Part shown: in pieces, positions 56,364 through 64,000 of the stretch | Numbering within the stretch: the first letter of the stretch is position 1 | How the letters are laid out: each line of letters starts with the position of its first letter | Source: a virus | DNA length: 64,000 nt | Virus record (IMG/VR): IMGVR_UViG_3300017971_000277 | Location: 8,863-72,862 of that record | Reading direction: 5' to 3' (one strand) | Program-made: the position numbers and the translations under genes | The notes under the pieces: model-generated | The model's input: the letters and a program-made list of their open reading frames with translations, nothing else | The model's database searches: none | Told to the model about the DNA's origin: nothing

Positions 56364-56459
56364 AGACAGAGAGCGTGCGGAAGTCGCACGCTCTCCATCC
56401 TGGGCAGACCGCTGGCAAACCAACCTGCGGTAGCCATCTTGTAGCACACGGAGAGGACG

Positions 56460-56663
56460 CTACGAGCCTCGCCGAAGCTGCTTTTGCAGGATCTCCTTGA
56501 TCTCAGGATTCGATCCCACCCGCATAGACAGCGGGTGCTCATCGCTCGGTTCATGCTCTGGATACTTCCTCCGCAGATCCTCGTAGATCAGCGAGTTCTG
56601 GATCTCGAGCTTCTCCGAAATGTCTTGCAGAACAGCAAGTAGCTTCTCTTGGAATTCGTTCAT
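56460..56663 (-). CDS. Hypothetical protein
   Basis: GGAGG RBS; lone minus-strand ORF. Confidence 0.55.
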   Translation of the reverse strand: MNEFQEKLLAVLQDISEKLEIQNSLIYEDLRRKYPEHEPSDEHPLSMRVGSNPEIKEILQKQLRRGS

Positions 56664-56759
56664 GTTGCCTCCAGGGAAGAGCTTAGCACGCGGTTAGAGT
56701 TTTCGTTTTGAAAGTTTGAAGCTGTTGTGTATCTTGCGCTCAGACCAAAGGAGGTCGCT

Positions 56760-57023
56760 ATGCACAAGCGAACGAAAGCAGAGCGGCGGATCATCGTCGC
56801 GCAGAACAAGATGCCTTGTGGCTACTCTCTTCCGCGCCTTGGTGGAACCTACGAGAATCAGCCGATCACTCTCGAGCAGGTAGCAGACTACATGGAAGGG
56901 CTCGCGGAGAACCTGCGGCAGACCTTCGACGTGCTGCACGAGAAGGAGAAGGAACTCGACACGCTCAAACGCGATCTGGCTGCGGTCGGTCGGGTCCTCT
57001 CCTACACGGGGATCGGCAAGTGA
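56760..57023 (+). CDS. Hypothetical coiled-coil protein
   Basis: AAGGAGG RBS after promoter-like TTTGAA..TATCTT. Confidence 0.7.
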   Translation: MHKRTKAERRIIVAQNKMPCGYSLPRLGGTYENQPITLEQVADYMEGLAENLRQTFDVLHEKEKELDTLKRDLAAVGRVLSYTGIGK

Positions 57024-57331
57024 GCACGTCCCCAGAGAACATGGCTAAGCTCACACCGCACTTCCTCGAGAAGTGGAGCACGGACGAAGCATTAGAGTGC
57101 AAGAGCCTCATCGATGTCCTCAAGTCCGGTGCTCTGAACACGCTGGCGCAGACGCTCCGCAGGAACGACCGCGGAGCGGTTGCAATCGGATCCCAGTGGG
57201 TGATCTTCAAGCTGGACAGCGGAGATCCGGGGCGCGTCGCGTTGCTGACTGCGCTGTCGGGTGACGAAGTGAAAACCATCGGAAGGCGTCGCGATACGCA
57301 CGTCATGCGTTTGCCAGGAGAAGCAACGTGA
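57020..57331 (+). CDS. Hypothetical protein
   Basis: GTGA coupling. Confidence 0.6.
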   Translation: MSTSPENMAKLTPHFLEKWSTDEALECKSLIDVLKSGALNTLAQTLRRNDRGAVAIGSQWVIFKLDSGDPGRVALLTALSGDEVKTIGRRRDTHVMRLPGEAT

Positions 57332-57687
57332 GTGAACTAGAGAAGGCTGAGGGCTACGCGATCGACGCGATGACCCGCTACGTGATCGAACACGTCAAGT
57401 CGGAAGTAGGGATCAACTCCATCGAGCAGCACGAGATCGAAGAACTCGTCAGCACCGCGGTCGTGGACTTCGCGAAGCGGCAGAGTGCAGCGATCGTTGA
57501 ATCGCGCAAGGTCTACGGCACCGTCTCCGACATCCAGTCCCGCCTCGACAAGCTCGAGGAGGACAGCCACCCCTACATCAAGACCTGGCCCGCGAAGGAA
57601 CTCGACAAGGCAATCTTCGGCCTCCGGTCGGCGCAGAAGAAGCTCGAGGTTCGCCTGGAGCAACTCGAGGCCAATGCGGGTTCTTGA
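57328..57687 (+). CDS. Hypothetical coiled-coil protein
   Basis: GTGA coupling, AGGAG RBS. Confidence 0.65.
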   Translation: MSELEKAEGYAIDAMTRYVIEHVKSEVGINSIEQHEIEELVSTAVVDFAKRQSAAIVESRKVYGTVSDIQSRLDKLEEDSHPYIKTWPAKELDKAIFGLRSAQKKLEVRLEQLEANAGS

Positions 57688-57760
57688 GGACAACGCGAAA
57701 GCCTTGCTAATCCTAGTCATCCTCTTCTGCCTCTTCGTATTCATCCTCTACGTGGTGTGA
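57674..57760 (+). CDS. 28-aa single-TM peptide
   Basis: MRVLEDNAKALLILVILFCLFVFILYVV. Confidence 0.5.
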   Translation: MRVLEDNAKALLILVILFCLFVFILYVV

Positions 57761-58386
57761 CCATGCACGAAAACCTAAGCCACTTGTCCCTCGATGAGCG
57801 TGACAAGCACTACGTCGCGACCGACTGCGTTCCTACGACGTGCGCTCAAGCCTCCGGCCTGCCGCGGGTCCAGATCCTCCGGCGCGACAACGCGCTGAAG
57901 CCGTTTGAGCGCGTGCTGGACCTAGGCTGCCACGACGGATTCAGCACTCGCTGGCTGCTGTCCGAGCCCTATATCCAGAAGCTCGTCGGCATCGACCTCT
58001 GCACGGAGAGCATCGCGCAGGCGAAGATGCTCTGCCGGGAGAAGGCGTTCCCGGAGCTTGCCCAGTATCTCTGGGGAAGCTTCTTCCGTTACGAGCCCGA
58101 CGAGCCATTCGACTGCGTCTGCGGGTTCGAGATCATCGAGCACTTCTTGGAGGACGAAGCGCGGCTTCTCCTCCGCAAGATGATGGACTTCGCGATCGAA
58201 GGAGGTCGGCTCTACATCTCGACTCCGCACGAGGACGGGCGTTGGGGGAGGTCGAACCCAGACCCGCAACACCTTCTCTTCTTCAGCCCAGCGAAGCTCG
58301 CCTTCTGGATCAAGGAAGAGACGGGCGTCGAGCCGCACATCGAGGTGCTCGCCGACACGATCCACGCCAGGTGGGAGAAGCCGTGA
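57757..58386 (+). CDS. Class I SAM-dependent methyltransferase (UbiG-like fold)
   Basis: VLDLGCHDG, GIDL, FDCVCGFEIIEH, GGRLYISTP. Confidence 0.88.
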   Translation: MTMHENLSHLSLDERDKHYVATDCVPTTCAQASGLPRVQILRRDNALKPFERVLDLGCHDGFSTRWLLSEPYIQKLVGIDLCTESIAQAKMLCREKAFPELAQYLWGSFFRYEPDEPFDCVCGFEIIEHFLEDEARLLLRKMMDFAIEGGRLYISTPHEDGRWGRSNPDPQHLLFFSPAKLAFWIKEETGVEPHIEVLADTIHARWEKP

Positions 58387-58595
58387 CCAGCGACGACTAC
58401 GACCGGCTCGACGCGATGGCGAACGCAGAGGTCAAGCGACTCGAGGACAAGATCGACTCACTCAAAGCAACGGTGTGCAATCAGCGTCTCGAGATCGAGG
58501 CGTGGGAGGAGCGCTACGAGGAAGTCGCGCAAGACAACGACAAGATGCGTCGCGATCTTGTCCGCATTCGAGACATCGCAGCGGGCAAGCGGTGA
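58383..58595 (+). CDS. Hypothetical coiled-coil protein
   Basis: GTGA coupling. Confidence 0.6.
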   Translation: MTSDDYDRLDAMANAEVKRLEDKIDSLKATVCNQRLEIEAWEERYEEVAQDNDKMRRDLVRIRDIAAGKR

Positions 58596-58942
58596 AGCCG
58601 TTCCTCTACCTGGCTGGTCCCTACTCCCGTGATCCTGGCTTCTACGTCAAGCTTGCGGAGGCTTGGTACACGCAACTCATCCAAGAAGGCTTCTACGTCT
58701 TCTGCCCGCACCTGAGCCACTACCCGAACGAGATTCGTCCGCTGCCCTACAAGACGTGGATGGAGCAGGATATCGCGTGGCTCGAGAAGTGCGACGTGCT
58801 GTTTCGGTTCAGTACCGACAAGTCGCCTGGAGCCGACCAAGAAGTTCTACACGCAATCGCGAAGCAGATTCCGCACTTCACCAGTCACGCGCTCCTGATG
58901 GAGTGGAGGGAGGCTTGGGATGGACGCAAGAAGCAGAGCTAG
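58592..58942 (+). CDS. Nucleoside 2-deoxyribosyltransferase-like (DUF4406/DUF1937-type) protein
   Basis: YLAGPYS, D..WLEKCD, SPGADQE. Confidence 0.8.
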   Translation: MKPFLYLAGPYSRDPGFYVKLAEAWYTQLIQEGFYVFCPHLSHYPNEIRPLPYKTWMEQDIAWLEKCDVLFRFSTDKSPGADQEVLHAIAKQIPHFTSHALLMEWREAWDGRKKQS

Positions 58943-59432
58943 GGCTCGAGAGGGCGAGATCGACTGGCGCGCGGTAGACGTAGACGCCGAGATCGAAGCG
59001 AGAATCCAGCGCGCGTCGAGGCATGGCTTGTGCGGTCCCTACATCTTGTCGGGCGTCAACTTTATCCGGCGTACCCGCATCCGTTACTGGCAAGTCAACA
59101 AGCCAGATGGTCGGCCAGACCTGTTCGTTGAGCAGGACGAAGAAGACGATGACGGCAACCTGCTCGTCCATTTCGACCGCAGCACCACCTTCATGCCAGC
59201 TTTCTTGCTCGACAACGTCGAACGAGATCTTGTGCAGGAGCACGTCAACTACGAGGTCGGTCTGGTCGCGATCAAGCAGAGGAGAGATCTCGTCCTATAC
59301 GAACACCTCAAGTTTCTAAGCGCTGAAGAGCGCTTGGAGATCGAGCGGAAGATGCTGAGCCATATGGCATGGAACCAAGACGTCTTCGGCACGTATCACC
59401 ACCACCTCATCAACAGCAACACGGTGACCTGA
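58920..59432 (+). CDS. Hypothetical protein
   Basis: Operon context. Confidence 0.6.
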   Translation: MDARSRARAREGEIDWRAVDVDAEIEARIQRASRHGLCGPYILSGVNFIRRTRIRYWQVNKPDGRPDLFVEQDEEDDDGNLLVHFDRSTTFMPAFLLDNVERDLVQEHVNYEVGLVAIKQRRDLVLYEHLKFLSAEERLEIERKMLSHMAWNQDVFGTYHHHLINSNTVT

Positions 59433-59827
59433 TGAGAGTGATGAACGACGAGGACCGTAGACGCGCTCTACGCTCCTGCACCGCGGAGCAGCTTTCGGAA
59501 CTACCTGAGCGACTCCTGCGCGACGCGCTGCTGATGCAGAACTCCTGGCTCCCAGCGGAGTCCTGGGTCGTCACGCCAGAGGAGATCGCCGAGAAGGGCG
59601 AGTGGATGACTACCCACAGCCCGGAGAAGCTGACCTCAACACTGATGCTGTCGGTCTTGTGGGGAGGGATGAACTTCTGCGCTTCCTACGAGATCGCCGA
59701 CATTGAGCTACGTCTGACGACGAACCCGGAAGTGCTCGAGCACGTCGTTCGGGAGAACCTCATTCAGAAGGTCGCTCACGGGATCAAGGAGTTCGCGATG
59801 GACGAGGCAAGGACAATCAGGCTATGA
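59432..59827 (+). CDS. Hypothetical protein
   Basis: TGATG coupling. Confidence 0.6.
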   Translation: MRVMNDEDRRRALRSCTAEQLSELPERLLRDALLMQNSWLPAESWVVTPEEIAEKGEWMTTHSPEKLTSTLMLSVLWGGMNFCASYEIADIELRLTTNPEVLEHVVRENLIQKVAHGIKEFAMDEARTIRL

Positions 59828-60387
59828 GAATCGGCTACTACAAGTTCACGACCGCAGCAGAACTCCACATCGTCAACAATCTTGGCGACTCCGTTCCACT
59901 GAACGAAGAAGCACTTGAGACGGAGATCGAGGTCGAGTGCGTCCTGCACTGTGACGACCCGGAAGACGGGGTCTACGGGGAGATCATCAACGCAGCCGTT
60001 TTGCTCGAGAACTTCTTCCTCAACGAAGAAGCGATCGAGTGCCTCGACCTCTCCGTGGAAGCAGGCGAGAAGTTCAACGACGGAGGCATCGTTCCGCCAA
60101 AGGCTGGAACCAAGTGGAAGTCGATCTCGGATGGGCACATCTGGACCGTGGTCGGCAGCGGAAAGCTCGAGGACTGCGCCGCCTTCTACATCTGGCTCGA
60201 GCGACCGCTGTTCAACCTACTCAGCGGCGACGAGAAGGTCGGAATGACGATCCAAGACTACACGCTCTACCAAGAAACACTGAAGGACGGAAAGCGCGTC
60301 CCTTGCTGGCGTCAAGTGATCGATGAAGACCCGCCTGGACCTGGCGAGTTCCGCGTTGAGGGTGCGATCTATCGAGGTGAGCAATGA
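59824..60387 (+). CDS. Hypothetical acidic protein
   Basis: ATGA coupling. Confidence 0.65.
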   Translation: MRIGYYKFTTAAELHIVNNLGDSVPLNEEALETEIEVECVLHCDDPEDGVYGEIINAAVLLENFFLNEEAIECLDLSVEAGEKFNDGGIVPPKAGTKWKSISDGHIWTVVGSGKLEDCAAFYIWLERPLFNLLSGDEKVGMTIQDYTLYQETLKDGKRVPCWRQVIDEDPPGPGEFRVEGAIYRGEQ

Positions 60388-60686
60388 AGTTCAAACAGGC
60401 TATGGACGAGCACCGCTACGGCAAGTTCTTCATCTCTGACGGGTGGGTGCGTGAGAAGCCGGACCTCGTGCAAGAGCTTCTGAGTCAGGTTCTCATCGTG
60501 GACGCGACCTACAAGTTCGATCCGGTCGGCATCGAGTACTACGCGGTCAGCCCTCAGTTCGATGCCAGCCCTATCGGCCTGCAAGCAAGCTGGGTTGGTA
60601 TTCGCCAGATCCAAGTGCGAGGTCTGAACTCGCTCGAGATCGTTCGCCTGGAGTTCTGCGAGAAGGACGAGGTCTTCACGATATGA
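60384..60686 (+). CDS. Hypothetical protein
   Basis: ATGA coupling; IEYYAVSPQFD. Confidence 0.65.
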   Translation: MKFKQAMDEHRYGKFFISDGWVREKPDLVQELLSQVLIVDATYKFDPVGIEYYAVSPQFDASPIGLQASWVGIRQIQVRGLNSLEIVRLEFCEKDEVFTI

Positions 60687-61234
60687 GCGACGCGACTCGT
60701 AGAGGACTCGCTGACCTAGCTCTCATTCTCGAGGAGATGAGCGTCAGCGAGGTCTGCCGAATCGCTCCGCGGACTCGAGCGTTCGTCACCGGCTCTAGGG
60801 CTTACGGCAGGTTCGATGCCTACAGCGACGTAGACCTCGTGGTGCTCGTTTCGGAAGCAGACCGAGAAATTCTGCGCGAGACGATGCACGAACAGTGGAT
60901 GCGTCATCCAGAGGAGGTCTTTGGTCTTGGTGACCGTCCTCGCTGGAACCCCCCAAACTGCCGAGAGCTACCTGACGACCTCGACACCAACCCGTTCAAC
61001 TACCCAGTGGCTTCCGTGAAGTTCGGCAAGCTGAACGTGTTGCTCTGCACGGATCCCATCGCGTTCGAGTGTTGGTATGTCGGCACGCAAGAGTTGAAGA
61101 CGAGGAAGCCAGTCACTCGAGAAGAGGCGATCCGCGTCTTCTATCGGCTGCGCGGAGAGTATGGTCTGGATCAAGGAGAAGACCCGACCAGCATTCGTCC
61201 GCGGACGATGTTGGAAGGGGCAGTAGAAGCATAG
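60683..61234 (+). CDS. Pol-beta superfamily (minimal) nucleotidyltransferase
   Basis: AFVTGSRAYG..SDVDLVVLV = hGS...DxD signature. Confidence 0.82.
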   Translation: MSDATRRGLADLALILEEMSVSEVCRIAPRTRAFVTGSRAYGRFDAYSDVDLVVLVSEADREILRETMHEQWMRHPEEVFGLGDRPRWNPPNCRELPDDLDTNPFNYPVASVKFGKLNVLLCTDPIAFECWYVGTQELKTRKPVTREEAIRVFYRLRGEYGLDQGEDPTSIRPRTMLEGAVEA

Positions 61235-61305
61235 GAGAGAGCCGGTGGTCGGTAGCTAGGGGGTTCAGACCTCATAGCTAGGGGGTTCGACACCCCCCTT
61301 TCTCA
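61235..61305 (+). ncRNA. Non-canonical tRNA-like RNA (no encoded CCA)
   Basis: 7-bp acceptor GAGAGAG/CTTTCTC + A; T-arm GGGGG-TTCGACA-CCCCC; 3-bp D-like arm with GG loop; ~10-bp third arm. Confidence 0.55.
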
Positions 61306-61318
61306 GTGTGTGCAGCGC

Positions 61319-61350
61319 GGTAGCCGTGGGGGTGGTCCCTGCGGCTGCCG
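61319..61350 (+). other. 13-bp RNA hairpin with three G-U pairs
   Basis: GGTAGCCGTGGGG/CCCTGCGGCTGCC. Confidence 0.5.
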
Positions 61351-61365
61351 TTCTAAGGAGACATC

Positions 61366-61593
61366 GTGGCTGACTTCAACATCCGCAGGCTGATCGGAGC
61401 ACTGCCGGATCTCACCGACGACGAGGTCCGCGCTCTCTACAACGCCAGCCAGGCGGAGTACGCCAGGCGAAACAAGAAGGTTCCGACCGTCCACTTCTTT
61501 GAGCACTTCGTTGCCATCTCATCCAATCTAGCCTACGGCTACGGCTGGGCTCCTTGTGGCGCTCGCATCTACGAGTCTCGACTACAGGCTTAA
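61366..61593 (+). CDS. Hypothetical protein
   Basis: TAAGGAG RBS before GTG. Confidence 0.65.
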   Translation: MADFNIRRLIGALPDLTDDEVRALYNASQAEYARRNKKVPTVHFFEHFVAISSNLAYGYGWAPCGARIYESRLQA

Positions 61594-63075
61594 AACATCA
61601 AAAGCAAGACTGATTTCTGCTTGAAACTGCGTGCTTTGCGCACGCTGTCCGCGGGCTCCTCGAGCACCTCGAGCTAGCCGACCGCTGCTCGAGGAGTGCA
61701 TTCCGTGCATTCCGTGCATTGCTCGCGCAGCCCTCTAGAGCTTCGCTCTATCGGATAGCCTTTTCGCAGGATGCCGCGAAATTTTGCGGTTTTCGCGATG
61801 CTCTCTAGGCCGAAAACTCGCATCCACCCCCATATGTAGTGTAGGTGGCTCGAGGCTGCGGACACTCGCTTTCCCGGCCTTCCGCGTTGCTTCTCTACGA
61901 CTGGATCTCCGAACAAGCCGTAGAGAGATCCCTCTCTACGATAGCCTTTTTGCGGTAGCTGGTGTGCTCCGATCAGTGATGCACCGATTTCATCGTTTCA
62001 TCTCATCGTTTCAACGGGATCAAAGGACTTACGACGACACGTTTAAACCCTTAAAAGCCGAAATCGTCTCGGATGAACCTTTGCTAGCCGCGGAATACGG
62101 CTCACGTCCCATTGGGGATGCCTATCAGGCGGGACAATCGGGCAAGAAAACGTGAAAAGTAGCGCTCGAGGGGGACTCGAGGTAGCCTCTGAAAAACGAC
62201 ATCACCACAACATATGGGGGATGGGTCGGCGTAAGTCCCCTAGATATGGGGGAGACTGCGGATTTCGCAGTAGGTTTTGAGGGGGCGAGCACGGAAAAGA
62301 GGGCAAAAGCCAGCCTAGGCCAGCGAGAAACCCTACCGCTGCGAAGTCCCCTAGGCGCATACCCTCCCCTCTCCCTGGTATTTCGCGGGAGCCTATCGCT
62401 AGCCTGCAATCCCTCCCCTACCTCCGAAAACCTAGCCATCCCCCTGCGAAAACCTACCTCGAGCGGGAAGGGGAAAGGGAGGGGGAGCTAGGGGGAGAGA
62501 AAGGGTAGGGGAGGGATAGCTAACTAGGTGATGGCTAAGGGGGATGCGTAGGCTACTGAGGTAGGGATGGACTAGGGGGAGAAGGGGAGAAAACCTACCC
62601 TGGCGATGTGATGGATGTAGCTTTTAGCCTGCTAGAACGGGAAAACGGGACTTAGGGAAAGGCTAGGAAGGGGGGAGGGAAGCGAAAACCATCAAAAGGG
62701 GAAAGGCTAGGGCGGGAGGGAAACCGGCGCTTAGGTGGCTCGAGAGGGAGCGAGAAAACCTAGGGAAGCACGAGGGAGGGAAGGCTAGTCCCCTGCGAAA
62801 TTCGCTAGGGTGAAAACCTGCGATGCTCGAGAGGGGAGGGATTTCGGTACAAGCTCGTACCGAAAACCGATGCTTGAGGGGAGGCGAAAACCTACCTCGA
62901 GCGAAGCCAAGGGAGCCGCTAGGGGAGGCGAAAGGATGGGAGGGGAAAACCTGCGAAGGATGAAAACGGGAGCGGGAGAGACGCTAAAACCGCTCGAGGG
63001 AGCTAGGGATTTCGCAGGGAGTACATGCAGAAACCCGCTCGAGGGGAGCGGGTTTCGATGGGTGGCTCGAGCGAG
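61594..63075. repeat. Long non-coding, purine-skewed region with dispersed GAAAAC(CT) and CTCGAG repeats
   Basis: 20-mer GCGAAAACCTACCTCGAGCG at 62446 and 62884; more than 10 GAAAAC; TGCATTCCG tandem at ~61697; G-runs 62460-62620. Confidence 0.65.
63031..63055 (-). terminator. Hairpin downstream of minus-strand genes
   Basis: AAACCCGCTC/GAGCGGGTTT. Confidence 0.5.
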
Positions 63076-63300
63076 TTAGAGCGCTGCGAAGCGCTCCCCT
63101 AGGCTGGCATCCTTGCGTTTGAGCAAGCGAGCGCAGCGCTTACAAGGCATGTTCCCCGCGGGACGTTGGGAATCGTTGAAGCGAATTCCACAAAGGGAGC
63201 GCTCGTTATCGCGCAGAACATGCATCGTGATGTTCCCATTGCTGGCGCAATGGTCTATCAGGGGGATGGCTTGCGAGAGGGTTTCTAGGTCGGAATTCAT
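63076..63300 (-). CDS. Small protein with H...C...CxxC motif
   Basis: MHVL..SLCG..PCKRC; GGGGAG RBS. Confidence 0.55.
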   Translation of the reverse strand: MNSDLETLSQAIPLIDHCASNGNITMHVLRDNERSLCGIRFNDSQRPAGNMPCKRCARLLKRKDASLGERFAAL

Positions 63301-63629
63301 GCGAACATCTCCCCTGAAAGGAAGGCTAGGGTTTGACGGTAGAAGCTTCGCGCTTCCCATAGGCTAGAGAAGCGCTCCCCCTTCCAGTCCCAAAAGCTTG
63401 CGCACTGCAAGCCATCCGAGGGAGGGGAAAGCCAGTCTCGAGCGGAGAAAACGCTAACCTCCCAATGGGAGCGCGAGCGATCGATGCGCGAGACTCCGCG
63501 GGAGTAGGAATAGCGCGGGACGAAAGCCAGAGAGACAACGTAGCAGCCTACAAGCGCTCGAGCGCTTCCCCTCGCCCATCCCTTGGCTTTGGGAGGGGAG
63601 AGGTAGACCATCGAGGGGAAGCGAGTCCA

Positions 63630-63905
63630 TCAGACTCCCTCCCGCGCTGCTAGCTCGCTCAGAAGCTTTCGGTCGAAAACCTCGAGCGCTAACGAGTCAT
63701 CGATGATGAGCGTAGCCATCTCGCTGGCGCTAGTCTCCGCGGGATAGCCTAGCGCGCTAGCGAAGTCCGCTAGCTTTTGCTCGCTCCACTGCGCGACCAT
63801 TCCACGCGCTACCGCGTAGCGATAGGACGGGGGGATGGTTGGATCGAATTCCAGGCGAGCAATTCGCGCCAGGATGGACAAGTCATCATCGTTGAGGGGA
63901 AACAT
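63630..63905 (-). CDS. Hypothetical protein
   Basis: ATG after stop of a truncated upstream ORF. Confidence 0.5.
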   Translation of the reverse strand: MFPLNDDDLSILARIARLEFDPTIPPSYRYAVARGMVAQWSEQKLADFASALGYPAETSASEMATLIIDDSLALEVFDRKLLSELAAREGV

Positions 63906-64000
63906 AGTCTTACCCAATCCTTCGGAATTCGCAGCGTAGAGTATCGATGTCGCGCTTGTGCTTATCGCAGCAATCGCCGACGTGATGGAGCGGGTAGGTA

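Noticed and set aside
61235-61305. Canonical tRNA-Met (CTCATAG loop)
   Set aside because: No anticodon stem flanks CTCATAG and there is no room for a variable loop; kept only as tRNA-like
61594-63075. CRISPR array, or real genes among the short ORFs here
   Set aside because: Repeats are short, degenerate and irregularly spaced; no cas genes; ORFs lack RBS and normal codon bias
1-64000. Stop-codon reassignment (many TAG stops; TCA-centred loop in the tRNA-like RNA)
   Set aside because: Conserved genes are full length and tightly coupled under the standard code; TAG and TGA act as real stops
53808-64000. Integrase/attP lysogeny module
   Set aside because: No recombinase motifs recognised; lifestyle cannot be determined from this window

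Overview
A 64-kb segment of a GC-rich (~60% by eye) tailed dsDNA phage, standard genetic code, siphovirus-type (tail tube, G/GT chaperone, 1212-aa tape measure, no sheath). The minus strand from 53.5 kb leftward carries dUTPase, a Zn-finger protein, terminase, portal, scaffold, major capsid, about 10 accessory head genes, head-tail connectors with an embedded 1017-aa GT4-methyltransferase-GT2 fusion, tail genes, an SF2 helicase and a replication/recombination operon (DnaB, C5 MTase, primase, 5'-3' exonuclease, beta-clamp, UDG-PolA, UvsY-like, gp32-like SSB, GroES, XRE, RecA, HU, SbcD/Mre11). Small plus-strand genes lie at 14.2-16.0 kb and 53.8-61.6 kb, followed by a 1.5-kb repeat-rich non-coding region. 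Most notable: a nucleotidyltransferase gene abutting a non-canonical tRNA-like RNA; a terminase intein whose HNH nuclease is in a different reading frame; a C5 methyltransferase split over two overlapping frames sharing one RBS; polyproline tracts in six proteins plus a GYF_2-like domain on the SSB; antisense Ser/Thr-kinase motifs inside terL; and strong CTCGAG enrichment. All calls come from motif recognition by eye; no database searches were run.
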